From Octopus vulgaris (taxonomy: Eukaryota): a stretch of DNA of 64,000 nt. Position 1 is the stretch's first letter. Every line of letters begins with the position of its first letter. Under the pieces are notes generated by a model. It ran no database searches. It had not been told where the DNA came from and saw only the letters and a program-made list of their open reading frames with translations. Positions 13,281-26,720 of the stretch are shown in pieces. The translations under genes were made by a program, and so were the position numbers. The stretch is taken from the NCBI GenBank assembly GCA_951406725.2, contig OX597816.1:142414001-142478000 (forward strand). Reading direction: 5' to 3'.

Positions 13281-13739
13281 CAATTTCAGTCTGTTATATA
13301 TTTTGAGTATTGTTATCACTAGCGATATCAAGTTATAACTTTGTATTTTGTATTTTATGTGTAGATGTATATATATAGATGTACATGTAATATGTACACA
13401 TATATACATGCACTAGCACTATGACCCAGCAACGACAGGTCATAATGCTAGTATATATATATAATTCTTTGTCTGTCTGTAGTAATTATTGTGGCATTTG
13501 CTGTTAAATTACCAGTTCCATACACATGCTTCTATTTCATTCATTTGCTTATATTTGGTTAATTTACACTGAATACAAAAATACAGACTACTGTATACAT
13601 ACCACGCGGTAAGATGTTATGCCTTATTTTTACAAGTAATTCATTACTACATATTCTCATGGGACTGCATAGGCTCACTTTATGTTTCTTAGTCTACAGC
13701 CACACTAGCAATCCAATGTCAAACCTTCGCCTTCTGCAG

Positions 13740-13892
13740 TTTTGCAAGAGTTCACTTCGTCGTTGCTGTCTCCCATTGCAGCCCATTTCCGGAATGGACC
13801 CATTTCTGTACAATATCTCCATTACACCTCCATTCATTTGACTGTCGACCATACGATGGGTCATGTTAGACACAACGCTGACTGCCTCAAAG
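13740..13892 (+). CDS. Candidate internal exon (phase 1-1, GC donor), possibly part of the last laminin-G domain of the Neurexin IV/CASPR gene
   Basis: Acceptor CTTCGCCTTCTGCAG (alternative in-frame acceptor before 13782). Donor AAG|GCGAGT. CpG-rich open frame ..AHFRNGPISVQYLHYTSIHLTVDHTMGHVRHNADCLK, with weak resemblance to the NGQPHSV....TIFLKLDH segment of CASPR2 (recalled). Confidence 0.3.
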
Positions 13893-14149
13893 GCGAGTAT
13901 ATCCGCTAACAGCTTTTTGGTAGATTCAAAATTTACATACCTTCCCCCCACTCGCAATTTTCCATGATAGGTTAGGGCATGAAATCCTCCAAATGGACGT
14001 ATTACATGTCACTTAGTCGAATTAGACCCTCATTTACTCCACAAATGTTTTGTTATCAATGCTGTACTTTCCCATATCACCTGTTTCAACATAATGTAAT
14101 ATACAAGCTATACCATTTTAATCCCAAGGAACACTGGGTATCTCTGCCA

Positions 14150-14156
14150 GTATATA

Positions 14157-14190
<34 letters not shown>

Positions 14191-14420
14191 CATATGTATG
14201 TGTTATATATGTACATATGTATGTGTTATATATGTACATATGTATGTGTGTATATATATATATATGTGTGTGTGTACATGTATATATATGTATGTGTGTG
14301 TGTGTACATGTATATATATGTATGTGTGTGTGTGTACATGTATATATATGTATGTGTGTATATATATATATATATGTATGTATGTGTGTACATTATACAT
14401 GTATATATATGTGTGTGTAT
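14150..14420. repeat. Compound (TA)n/(TG)n/TGTACA low-complexity tract
   Basis: Alternating purine-pyrimidine repeats. Confidence 0.95.
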
Positions 14421-14434
14421 ATCTCTTTTTACAG

Positions 14435-14799
14435 TTTTATTTGTTTCAGTCATATGACTGTGGCCATGCTGGAGTACCGTCTTTAGTCGAGCAAATCGAT
14501 CCCAGGACTTATTCTTTGTAAGGCTAGTACTTATTCTATCGGTCTCTTTTGCCGAACAGCTATGTTATGGGGACGTAAACACACCAGCATCTGTTGTCAA
14601 GCGATGTTGGGGGGACAAATACAGACACACAAACATACATATACATATATACAACAAGCTTTTTTCAGTTTCTGTCTGCCAAATCCACTCACAAGGCTTT
14701 GGTCAGCCCAACATTTGCCCAAGGTGCCACACAGTGGGACTGAACCCGGAACCATGTGGTCCGTAAACAAGCTACTTACCACACAGCCACTCCTACACC
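14435..14799 (-). mobile_element. CORE-SINE family A, near full length
   Basis: Reverse complement of the copy at 17097-17484, with head, core and tail. Confidence 0.9.
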
Positions 14800-14847
<48 letters not shown>

Positions 14848-14980
14848 CACACACATATATACATATGTTTATATATGTGTGTATATATATATATATATAA
14901 TGTGTATGTATATATATATGTATAATGTGTGTGTATATATATATAGATAATGTGTGTATATATATATAGATATAGATATA

Positions 14981-15032
<52 letters not shown>
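14800..15032. repeat. (TA)n-rich microsatellite block
   Basis: Visible dinucleotide runs. Confidence 0.95.
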
Positions 15033-15036
<4 letters not shown>

Positions 15037-15960
15037 TATTATTTTGTATGTACCTATACTGACAATTTGTCATGATATATTTGTTGTTTAGTCATAATAT
15101 TGCATATGTATAATGTAATATTATTCTTGATATTTACGATTATGTCTTAGTTTATTCTCAGTACAATATTCCCATATGTTGTTTGTATTTTCATCCACTC
15201 TTTTTCAGCTGTAATGTAGCTGGGACTGCAGTATATAATGTGTCCTTATTTGTAAGCAGTGTTTGTTTTGAAAGAAATTAGTTGTTATTTCTTTCAACCA
15301 GAATGACCATGTAGAGACATTCTCATTGATTCAATATTTTCTTCATATGTATTCACAGTGTATCTTGTCTCTTCAACATTTCACATCCAGCAGATCTAAC
15401 CTTAAACCACTTGGCCAGTATCCAAACTGAAATTCCAAGATAGTTAGCTATCTCTTTAGATATCACACCATTCATGTATTGGTGTATCATGATGCTTTAA
15501 CTTTTCTGTTGTCGTCAGCTACTGATATTGACATTTACAACTTGTGCACAGTGATATAACTACTGTAAATGCTGCACTTGTATGCATATACACAGCTATT
15601 GCATAGAGTACTCAGATACACACATTTGCTCAAACAGGGGCACACACACACACACACACAAGCGACAGGGACACTCCTATGCAGATACTAATGCAGGGGC
15701 ACACACTGTGATAGTAACAGAGCTGATCATTGAATTTTTGTTCTTCCTGTCAAACATGGTTTCCAGTGCTCCTCAGAGTAAATCCAATTAAATATTTAAA
15801 TTTAGTAAATTAGTTTTGTTTTAACCTGTTTTGTCACCTTTGTTATTTTCTTGCCAATTATTCTCTCTCTTTGTTCCACTTCTGTTGTTGCTACCATATA
15901 TTTGTTGTCTTTTATCATCTCAGTCATGTTTCTTGATCACAACTCTTTTATTGCCAGCCT

Positions 15961-15998
<38 letters not shown>

Positions 15999-17096
15999 TA
16001 CTATAATGGCAGCTATAATGTCATTGATATCGTTAATGCTGTTGTCACTCTTGTGGTTTAGCACGAGACCAGCCCCAGTCGAGTAAACTTATACTCAAAA
16101 GTATTCCATGTACAACTATCCCATCTTATTGTCTATCAAACTTCCTTTCTTTAAGACAGATGGGATTTGAGGTAGATATAGCTTCTAGTTTTGGGAGATT
16201 CAGCAACCATGTGGTAGCTGGTTCTTGTTAGTGTTGTGGTTGTTAGTGATATTGTTCAACCTTGATTCAGGTACCTATGATGAAAAACATTTCAGTATTG
16301 ACCCTCCTGTCTTTTGTTCCGATACACTGCATCTAAAGTTATGCTATCTATCCAGTGTCTGCTATTTTTAATATGCAAGACGCACACATCTGCACACACA
16401 CACACACATACACTCATTGCTTCCTTACATAACTTCTAGCTAAAATATCAATAGATGAAATATTTCTGTCAGTTGACTTGAACTCCTTGAAGCTGACAGA
16501 GGGTGAAAACAATGCTTATGAGTACTAATGGTTGGTGAGTGGAAGTTTTTCAGTCACTTGGGAAGACTTTGGGAAATGGTGCAATCTATCTAATTTGGTT
16601 GTGTATGTTTAACAAGTGATCAGTCTCAAATTGTAATTGACTCTTGAGATAAAAGTCAGACAGACTAGAAACATAGATTTTTGATTATTTGTGAGATAAC
16701 TAAGAATAGAGCAAATACAAATCAATTAGTATGTTTACATTTGTAATGAACCTTTATTACAGTAACAGTTGTTTTCATAATTAATCCCCAGATCTTTGAA
16801 ACATTGGACATAAAAGTCTGGTGTTCAATTTCACCTGCAATTGTTTAATTAATTTGGTCATTCCTTGCAATCTAAAGTACATAGTTTATTGAAACTAATT
16901 GCTTTTAACAACATGATGTAAAGTAATTGCTTTATCTGTAGACATAATACTTCCTAGTTATAGAATGAAATGGGACTGTGTGACTGAAGAGAGGATGAAT
17001 ATTGATTTTAATGATACAAAATGGTCCTAGCTAGGGGCTCAGACAGATTTATAGATTTCAGAACTTGTGTGATGAAAATAAAATAATCATATTATA

Positions 17097-17484
17097 GGCG
17101 TAGAAGTGGCTGTGTGGTAAGTAGCTTGCTTACCAACCACATGGTTCTGGGTTCAGTCCCACTGCGTGGCACCTTGAGCAAGTGTCTTCTACTATAGCCT
17201 CAGGCTGAGTGGATTTGGTAGATGGAAACTGAAAGAAGCCCATCGTATATATGTATGTGTGTGTGTATATATATATATATGCTTGTGTGTCTGTGTTTGT
17301 CCCCCCAACATCGCTTGACAACCGATGCTGATGTGTTTACATCCCCGTAACTTAGTAGTTAAGCTAAAAAGAGACCGATAGAATATGTACTAGGCTTACA
17401 AAGAATAAGCCCTGGGATCGGTTTGCCTGACTAAAGGCAGTGCTCCAGCATGGCCAAGTCAAATGACTGAAACAAGTAAAAGAG
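17097..17484 (+). mobile_element. tRNA-derived CORE-SINE family A, full length (octopus OR-type SINE likely)
   Basis: A-box TGGCTGTGTGG, B-box GGTTCAGTCCC, CORE-like CCTTGAGCAAGTGTCTT, central microsatellite, tail GTGCTCCAGCATGGCC..GTCAAATGACTGAAACAAGTAAAAGAG. More than 12 related copies in the window. Confidence 0.9.
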
Positions 17485-18287
17485 TGAAATAATAATTTCT
17501 AACATGGGCAAGCTTGCAGAAGAGTGCAACTTCAGTATACTACTGATACTGTTTCATCATACTATCATGAAAGTTAAAGTTGACCTTGGTGAGATTTGAA
17601 CTCAAAGCGTAAAGGCTTACAACTCAACACTGCAAGATATTTTGTTGCTACCCTAACCATTCTATCATCCATGTTAATGACGTAAGATATCAACATTCAA
17701 GTAGAGCCAAGAAAATCCACTAAACTATGCTATTCTGGGAATTTGTCTACAGAATATTCTAGAGAAATCATTATATTAGTGATTCAATAATTGAATGTGG
17801 ATATTACTGATTGTTCTAATTCCCAATAAATACTAGTTATGATAACGATAAGGATTTGTTCAATTATCATATTATTGATTGCAATATATCATAGAAAAGG
17901 CTGTGATATAGTCTGAATCTCACTCAATTTCATTTCTACAATTGCTAACCACACCATTTAGACAGGTCAATAATATGTTTCAGTCTAAATCAAATCTAAT
18001 CTCAATATCAAGCCAAATTGTTTTGACTCACTGCATTCCAATGTCTTTTTTTTTCTTTTGTCACCCAGTAACTTATATTAATGCATTTCAGGTCATCCTT
18101 CAATAATTTCTACACTTGATCACTGCAATCTGTCACAAACTTTTATTCATTTCTGTCTCTCTCTCCTCACCATCCTTTTTATTTATCTCATAATTTCAAT
18201 CCAATAGATCCTGACTTTGTTCTAACTTAAAATGATATTCAATCTGTCTCTTTGGTAGGTTTTTTATTTAGATTTCCTGTCATTTAA

Positions 18288-18386
18288 TCTTAACCACTAC
18301 GCCAAATGCCCATGGGCATTTGGCGTAGTGGTTAAGAGCACGGTTTACTAACCCCAGGCTTCCAAGTTCGATTCCAGGCAGTGACC

Positions 18387-18423
<37 letters not shown>

Positions 18424-18612
18424 TAATAACAATAATAATATCGAAAAATACCTTAGGAATGAGAACTCAGGTTTGAAATTTCCCCCAAGACATCTGATGA
18501 AGGCTTGGAGGGTATATCAGCCGAAACATTGTGCTAACAACAAACAAGATGAGGATAAATATCTGTCAAATGTAAACAATGTACATAATTCCTCATCTCT
18601 TAAATATAGAAC
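18288..18612 (+). mobile_element. tRNA-headed SINE-like element with (AAT)n linker, hammerhead-type tail and inverted 5' duplication
   Basis: A-box TGGCGTAGTGG (18321), B-box GTTCGATTCC (18366), (AAT)n 18389-18440, CTGATGA-AGGCT..AGCC-GAAAC at 18494-18527, perfect palindrome 18288-18337. Confidence 0.75.
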
Positions 18613-20129
18613 AATATAAACTGAAGCAAATTTTTTACTACCTATTTGGTTTCCAGTGGTACTAGCTGTGAAGATATATTACAACCTAACTTTCTGAGAA
18701 TAACATATATATTTAATCATGTATGTGTGTGTGTGTGTATTTAACCTTCTTTAAAATAATTTCTATCTGTCCTTTGGCAGTATAGAAGCAAAATGTTTCC
18801 GTGTACTGTCCTAACATTGCAATCAAGACTCTAAAATATAATTTTTGTTCTATTTTAATAACATTTTTAAATGAACATGATGTTTATTGGGCTCTGGGAT
18901 TAAATTGGAGACTGGAAGATATATCGAAAATGTAATTTTTCTATTTTTTCTTTTTTTTATGTTTAACATTTCTGACTTGTTGCTTGCCAAACTTTTTAGG
19001 ATTCTGCTTGCATAAGTTGTTTGCCTTAGGTCTTATATGATATCACCATAGTTTGGTATAAGCTTTTCTCAATCATTAGATGTGCTAAATGTAAACATTG
19101 GTATTCTTGGTAGAACTGTATGTGTGTATATATATATATATATATATGTAAATATGCACTACTTTTTCCAAGTTTTTGTTTTAAATTTATCTAGCACTGT
19201 AATGGAAAATCATTGCAATAATCAGATATTAAGACAAAACACAAAATTACTGAACAAAAGCATCATTTAACAAATGTTGGCTGAGAGTACCTCATATCAC
19301 ATATTGAAAAGATCTTTTAAACATCTAGGCAACACCTCAGTTTTCAACTACAATATCATTCTAGAAAGATTATTCCTCTTAGTCCTTGACTACAAATATC
19401 CAGTCACATCTATACCACCTTAGAACATCAGTACATCACCACTCTCCAAACACTAACCTACATATTCAGTTCAGCCACATCTGAATCCCTCCAGAATGCT
19501 GCTTCAAGAGAGCCTGAGCAAGCAAGGGAGCAATGATCCAATGAAGGAACATCCACATAGTCACTAGATCCACTAGAAATAACAGCCAAATCCCCCTCTA
19601 AAAAAAGGACTCATTAAAGGAATGTAGTCCTATACACAGATGTCTCAAAAGTAAATAGATACCTTCATTTTTATAAGTTTTTGATATTTGCTGATTGAAA
19701 AAGAGGTTTCCTTCTAGCTGCTCTGCAAGTTAATGGACATACCTTACAGAAGTACTCTGTCTCATTTGGTGTTGCTCTGCAACATCAGCTGCCTTACAAG
19801 TGGGATAATTTCCAACAGCCCACCTGACAGCCTGGAGACACCTGTCAAAGGGCCCAGGTTGACTTGAACAGAATGTTGTTGATTCCTTTTCCTTTGTTGG
19901 TGAATTGTACAATCATTGTGTTGACTGTGACAGGAGGAATCCCAAGGTTATGTGCAATCTTACACTGGTTATGTCCACCCTCAGATTGAACATACAATAT
20001 ACTCTCTCTGAAAATCAAGCATCTCTTTTGCTTCTGGTGCTAACAAGTTTGAAGCACCAGGTAGTGTCTGCACAGATAAAACTTTATAATCCTTTAGTGT
20101 TCAGATTACTCCATCAAATGTAATGCATA

Positions 20130-20300
20130 TTCATTCACTCTTTTAAATTAATCATACATTATCTTGTAGCTTTGAAATTTTTATCATGTGATTGTTTATA
20201 ATCTGAATGGCATTGTTGGGTAGGTGTGAGAGGCCAGCTCTGGCCAGTTTGAACATAAAACAGATAGAACATTTTGGGCTGTTTAAATGCTAAAGGGATA
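20130..20300. mobile_element. Partial copy of TTAA-flanked MITE (family of 44731 and 48076)
   Basis: CCAGTTTGAACATAAAACAGATAGAA...TTTAAATGCTAAAGGG shared with the other copies. Confidence 0.65.
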
Positions 20301-21039
20301 ATGAGAGGTATCTGTTTACTTTTAAGGTGCATTTGTATACACAAGATGTGTTGATCTTGGCTGGAATAATTTTGATCTATCCTCAAAACAGCATCTCTCA
20401 TACTTAGTCCAGATATATCTCCAAAACTGTAGAAGAGAATGACGATTTTAGGAATGTTGTTCATTTAGTAAGAGGCATGTCTACAATAGCATTGGCATCA
20501 GGGAGAGGTGTGGCCATTATTTCTAACTTCCATATTGTGACTAAGTATCTGCAAGCTTATGCTATTTAGGCAACTGTAATTTTCATAGTGTTCCTGTTAA
20601 AAATCTTATGTTTTGGTTTCAAGGTAAAAATGTACAATTATTAGGGTTAAAAAAACCTTTAAATATATTAGTTGCTACATTAATACTGATCAGTGGCTTG
20701 ACCTGCACAGTATTTCTGCTCTTATTTCTGTTATTTCTAATAGAGATTGACTCCCTGTTCAGTTTATTTATTCCACTCCTTTTACTCTTCCATTTTGTGT
20801 GTATGTACACAAGAATGGGAATAAAACATTGTACTTATCATTATATTATGTTAACATCCAAAAATTATATATGAACACAATGTGCTCACCCACTAACATT
20901 TATACTTGAATGTATGTATGTATGTATGTATGCATGCATGTATGTATGTATGTATGTATATATGTGTATTTGTGTATATGTGTGAATGTGTTTGTGTATT
21001 TGTAAATGCAGATTAATATCTGTACACAAAAGGCAAAAA

Positions 21040-23610
21040 ATATTTCTTCTAAACATCAGAAGGCTGTTGCACATCAATTGTAAAACAAAAATCTCATTCT
21101 TGAGAGACCTTGCTGCATACAATCAAGCTCAATGCATAGCACTTGTAGAAATGCATCTCAGCCCCGATATAGGAGATGCAGAAATACACATACCCTAATA
21201 TGTTGTCATACACTCAGATAGAAAAGAAAGGAGCCATGGTGGAGTTGTTATGTACATCCAAGAGGACCTCACACCCCAGGTCCTGCTGTCGTATTCAAAT
21301 TCAGTGTGTGACGCTCAAATTGTACACATAAGACAACTTAATATTGTCATATGTACTACATACTGCTCACCGGATGCTCTAAATCCTACAGGTAAGTCTG
21401 AAGACTGCCTAGCAAAGATAGAAGTTTTCACCAAACTGGAACAACACATCAGTGTATTCCTTTTGGGTGACTTTAACTTCCCCAATGTGGGATAGCCGGT
21501 GGAGGCCAGATGCTCCCAGGAATGACACACCACCAGCAAGCACAGGCAGAGTCCCTGCTCCACCTTGCCAATACTTCTTTCATGGAACAAATTGTGCTGC
21601 AACCATAATATACTGGATATCTGCTTTACAAACAATATGGATATTATCCATAATGTTAAATTGACACAATGCTAGTCTCGGATCACAGCATAATAGAGCT
21701 GTCTATGTATGGACCAAAAGTCCCTGCATATGTACAGCCTATATGAAGCCCCCAAAATCTCTTCAAGCTGAATTTTCATAAAGCAAACTGGAAGTTGATT
21801 GAGAAAGAGATCCTCAAACAGGATTGGCCTAAATGTCTCTCCACACGAAACATTGACATGAAATACAAACATTTCATGTCCATAATGCAAGCCATATGTG
21901 ACAAATTTCTCCCAGAGCACAGGGCCAACACACACAAAAACAGGATCCTTAGCAAAAGGAAGATTCTTATGAGATAACAGACAAAGATTGTGAACCACCT
22001 GAGCAAGCATCCCAAAAGTGGTAAGAAGTGACACCTGGAGAGAGTGCTGTTGGATATTGAGAAAAATCTGCATCAGTCTCATGAAAAAGTGAAAGCAGAT
22101 AAGGAAGCATGGGTTATAGAAAATATCAAGCTAAACCCAAAAACTTTCTTTAATTTTGCCTCAATACACCACAAGATAGGACCCCTCTTGAAAAAAGATG
22201 ACTCCCTCACAGGAAACCCAATGAGGATAAGTGAAATACTGAACAAACAGTTTCAAAGTGTGTTCACTACACCTCTAGAACACAGGCAAGTGAACAAACC
22301 AGCAGAATTCTTTGCCTTTTCACCTGTAACCAAAGAGGCAAAAATTAATTACATCAATATTAAAGAAGATGTAACAATGGCTATAGATGGGGTTGATGCA
22401 AACTCAGCTGCTGGCCCAAATGGATTCCCAACAATCCTTCTCAAATCGTGCAAACGAGCCCTTGCACAATCACTCCAGCTTCTTTTTCAGAGCTTTCTTG
22501 TGAATGGTAAGCTCCCAGACAAACTGAAGGAAGGAATAATATGCCCTACCCTTAAAGGAGGAAGCAAAGCAGATCCTAAAAATTATAGGCTTATCTCTGA
22601 CCTCACACATCAGCAAAATCATGGAACGAATAGTCTGCAAGAAACTAATCACATTCCTTGAAGAAAGTGACTTGCTGACCCAGCATGGATTTCGACTAGG
22701 TAGAAGCTCTAACACAGCTCTTGCTACATTATGACTGGGTATTAAAACAATTGTTAAATGACTCAAGTGTGAATGTGATATGTCTCAACTTTGCAAAAGC
22801 CTTTGATAAAATCGACCATGGTATGTGTCACAAACTGCATGATCTTGGCATAGTTGGAAAACTTGGAGAGTGGCTACATGACTTTCTAAATGATAGACAT
22901 CAGACAGTGGTGGCAAATGGAGCCACCTCAAAGAAAACAAATAGCAAGTGGTGTTCCACAGGACACTGTCTTAGGGCCCTCTCAGACATGCCCTCAGCTG
23001 CTCAGATAGGCATCCTTGCTAGCTATGCAGATGACACAAAAGTCTGTCATACTATACAAAATCCTGGAAATGTTGCGGATCTGCAATGGGAGTTGAACGC
23101 AATATATAGGTGGACTGAGGACAACAACATGCAGTTTAATGCAGACAGGATACACTGGCATAGGAGGGATTGCAATCCCTGAATCAAAATCAGTGCATGA
23201 CCTGGGCATTGACGTGAGCAATGATGTATCTTTCCAATTGTATATTACCAATTTGCTAATAAAATGTAGACAGCTAGCTGGATGGATCCTCTGAACTTTA
23301 AAAACAAGAAAAAAGAAGACGATGGTCCTTTGGAGGCATACATCCTCAGCTACTTGGACTACTGCTCACAACTATGACCACCACACAAGATAAACTTAAT
23401 GACAAGGCCCAAAGCAGCCCAGCGAGGCTACACAGAACATTGTCTCTGGGAAAGACAGAGAGTTAGGGCTCTTCTCTCTAGAGCAAGGGTGGGAAAGATA
23501 TGCAGTAATGTACATCTGGAAAATCCTTGAGGGCCTCATGTCAAACTCAGGCATTGAGAGTTGTACCGGTAGCAGAATAGGGCGTCACTGCACAGTGCTA
23601 GGGGTCCCGG
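21040..23610 (+). mobile_element. Decayed CR1-like LINE ORF2 (APE endonuclease + RT)
   Basis: APE: FLLNIR..,CIALVEMHL, SDRKERSHGGV, LLGDFNFP. RT: SAAGPNG, NYR.IS, QHGFR.GRS, FAKAFDKIDH, GVPQD.VLGP, YADDTK, ERY..MYIWKILEGL. Frameshifts and stops throughout. Confidence 0.92.
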
Positions 23611-23614
23611 CTTT

Positions 23615-24420
23615 TATGGAGTTTGGCAAAGATATACCAGACATGGAAGCAGAGCTTGGAATTGATAAATTCCAAAATAAACTTAGCTAGTAGGGAAAAA
23701 GTTAAGGCCCTGATATCATTAGGTAAATGGTTATGCTTCATATGCAAAAAAGTGGTTTGCAGAAACTCCATATGGAGTGTTTACGCTGGCTAACAGAGCA
23801 TTTAGATTTTATGGTGGCAGTTGTGCAGGAGTAATTCCTTCAAGTGTACAGAATTCTAACTAAAAGTTAATTGCTTCTGATACCTAGGGAGCTTAATTAG
23901 TGGATGTACGGAAAATGTAGAAGCCACAGTTACACAGGATAGCAAAGTTAAGTGTGCTATTATCTCTACTAGGAACTGCTTTTCACAGTGAACGCCTGTC
24001 TATGTTGCTTGTGTATGCACTACACTGTTTCATGATTGTGAACTGTGAGGCATAAACGCAGAAGATTTACAATAGCTGGAAAGAAATGAAGTATGCATGA
24101 CCCACTAGATGTGTAATATTAGTGTGCAAGAATGACAAAGTACAAATGAGCTGAGAGAAAAACTGGATAGGAAAGGAATGTAATGTAGTGTGCAACAGAA
24201 AAAATGTGATACATGTAGAGGATTTCAGTTGTATAAAGAAATGCTTTGAAGTGAAAGGAACCTGTGAAAGAGGAAGTCTTAGGAAGACATCGAATGAAGT
24301 GGTAAAGATTGTAAATGAACCACAAAAAGAAGATAACAAAGAATAATTATGATTAGCAGGCAACTTGCAAAGCTGAAGACAATGTGCCCACCATGCAACC
24401 ATAGTAAAATGGTCATTAAT
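23615..24420 (+). mobile_element. Highly decayed RTE-like LINE 3' fragments
   Basis: Patchy similarity to 3890-4660 (GAGAAAAACTGG, ATAAAGAAATGC, AGGAAGACAT..ATGAAGT). Confidence 0.55.
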
Positions 24421-25230
24421 ATAATGCTGATGGAGTTTCGAATATACCACTGGGTCCTGAGTCTCTAGCTCACACACACACACACCACACACCACACACA
24501 CACTATCCAATTCATTGTATCACGTTGCTTGTGTAATAAGCAATGGCATCTGATCTGTGTGCACTCAGTCTCTCCATCACCCATTATCATTATCTTCCCA
24601 CCTTCAGCCATCATCTCCATCACTCATCCTCTTTTCTTCCTTTGATCACAAAGCCTGTGTAATGAGGGATAGCATCAGATCTGTCTACATGCATTAGTCC
24701 CCTCTGTCATCCTTTACCACTAACCATCATTTCTCCTCTTCCCAGCCCCACAATCAACACTTAGTTGTGTGTATATATGTGTGTTTTATGCACGCACACA
24801 CCACACATGTGCATGCACAAAGGCATGCACACAAGCACAATTAAAAGAGAGCTTTTCATTTCTACTCCAAGCTAATACAGACTACACAGTGATGTCAATT
24901 TAGATAATCCTCTCCTTCTTAATAACAAGTCTTTCACTGCTGTGTAAATATGATACCTACATGGTGTGATTTGCCTGCATGCACAACAAATAGTCCAGGA
25001 AACGCCTGAACTTATCACCTTTGAATCTTTGTAAATTTTCTCTTGTATTTTTTTTTTGTTTCTTTATATTTCAAAGATGATATATGAGAGATGTAACTAA
25101 ACACAGCAAGGCATTTGTATGTGTGTGTGTGCAATTACTGCAATTTATGGCATCATTTTAAATTATGTAGTTACAATTGCTTTGTAACAATTAAAAATAA
25201 TAGCATAAATTCCAGTTTCTGTATTAATGT

Positions 25231-26170
25231 ATACGAGTGTGGGCTGAGAAGTACATAGGTTGACTATGAAGGAGTGATGCTAGGGCTGTGAAACCTTGCA
25301 TGCATTAATTTCAACTCTTCTTATTAATAACTTCATTGTTTCTTACCAGATAAAATGACATCTGGCTGTTCAAAGAAGACTTCAAAGGTAACTAGTAGTA
25401 ACTTCTCTTGAAAATGAACAAAATTTGGCATTGTACTGTTACTAGGTACCTGCTGAAAAACAGTTTAGCCCTCAAGGACATTCATGCTGATCTAGTTGCT
25501 ACATTAGATGACACTCTAGTTTTATCAACAGTACATAAATGGGCAGCTGAATTTAGAAGAGGAAGGGAGAGTCTTGAAGATGACCCAAGATCTAGATGTC
25601 CTGCAACTGCCACCACCGAGGAAAACATTGATTGTGCTCACCACATGGTAAGAGCCGGCAGGTAATTGACTATAAATCATATAGCCAGTTCTATTAGCAT
25701 ATCCCGTGAGAGAGTCGAGAATATTCTGCACAATGAACTTGGCATGACAAAGGTTTCTGCTCAGTGAATGTTACATCTTCTGACACTTGATCAAAAGCAT
25801 CCCTGGAAAATTTGACATTGTTTGAGACAGATCCAGCTGGTTTCCTTGAATGGTTCCTAAGCCAGGGTGAATGTTGGGTTCATCACTTTGAGCCATAGGC
25901 AAAGAGGCAATCCATGCAGTGGAAACACTGCCCACTCATTCCAATGAAGGTCATAGTTTTTTCATGTGCAGGGACGATGATGGCCTCAGTTTTTTGAGAT
26001 GCAAAAGAAATTGTGTTTATTGACCGTCTTCAAAAGGGCCACCTCATCATAACTGAGGCAGTTATGAAACGCTCAGGAAAACTCAGGGGTTTTGTTTCAT
26101 CAGTACAATACTCCAGCACACAATTCATTGGTTTTGATGGCTGCTGTGCATGACTGGTTTTGAACTGCTT
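25231..26170 (+). mobile_element. Decayed mariner transposon
   Basis: TA-CGAGTGTGGGCTGAGAAGT TIR-like start. Transposase motifs KDIHADLV, VHKWAAEFRRGRESLEDDPRSR.P, KVSAQ*M.HLLT (WVPxxL), ECWVHHFEP, MQWKH. Confidence 0.92.
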
Positions 26171-26269
26171 CTTAGAACTACATCTGACCTATGCAGGCAT
26201 GGAAAAAGAGGGCATTATGATAATGCTGATGGTGATGATTATGTACATGAAACTCACATCACCCAAACC

Positions 26270-26720
26270 TTGTTGAGACCAAAATTGACAGTACTCAGCA
26301 AAGGGAGGGTGGAGGAAAAAAGCTAAGTACCAAGAGTTGGTGGAGGACTACCACAAGAACCAGGTGTTTGCTTAAGAAGGCTGGAAGTTGAAAGTTTGTA
26401 GGTCATTTCCTGAGAAAAAGGCTTGGGGACTCTGAGCATTACATTAATGAACAGAAGAGTCATCAAGAACAACACAGAGATTACTGAGAAGCCCTATTTA
26501 GATGGTCCTCACTGAAAAGAGGTGATTGGTGGGGTTAGACAAATGCCACTTAGTGACATGGAAGCTTAGGTTTGATCAACTTAGGTCAAGTCACCTGAAA
26601 GTGAGTGTTGTAAGACCTGAAATACAGTAATCCTTCACCATATCGTAGTTCACCTATTGCAGGGGTTTCTGGAAGATAACACCCGCAATAGTCGAATTGA
26701 TCATGTGTCCAAGTACTGTT
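26270..26720 (+). mobile_element. HERO/R2-group (restriction-like endonuclease) retroelement 3' remnant
   Basis: Translates in part to EEK(K)AKYQELVEDY, then decayed GW..VE.CR.F and E..EK...W..LKR-like motifs. Confidence 0.5.

Noticed and set aside
13979-15073. Several YI/CV-rich ORFs
   Set aside because: Translations of (TA)n/(TG)n microsatellites and a SINE.
18314-18386. Genuine tRNA gene
   Set aside because: A and B boxes are present but there is no convincing acceptor stem, and it is joined to a repeat body.
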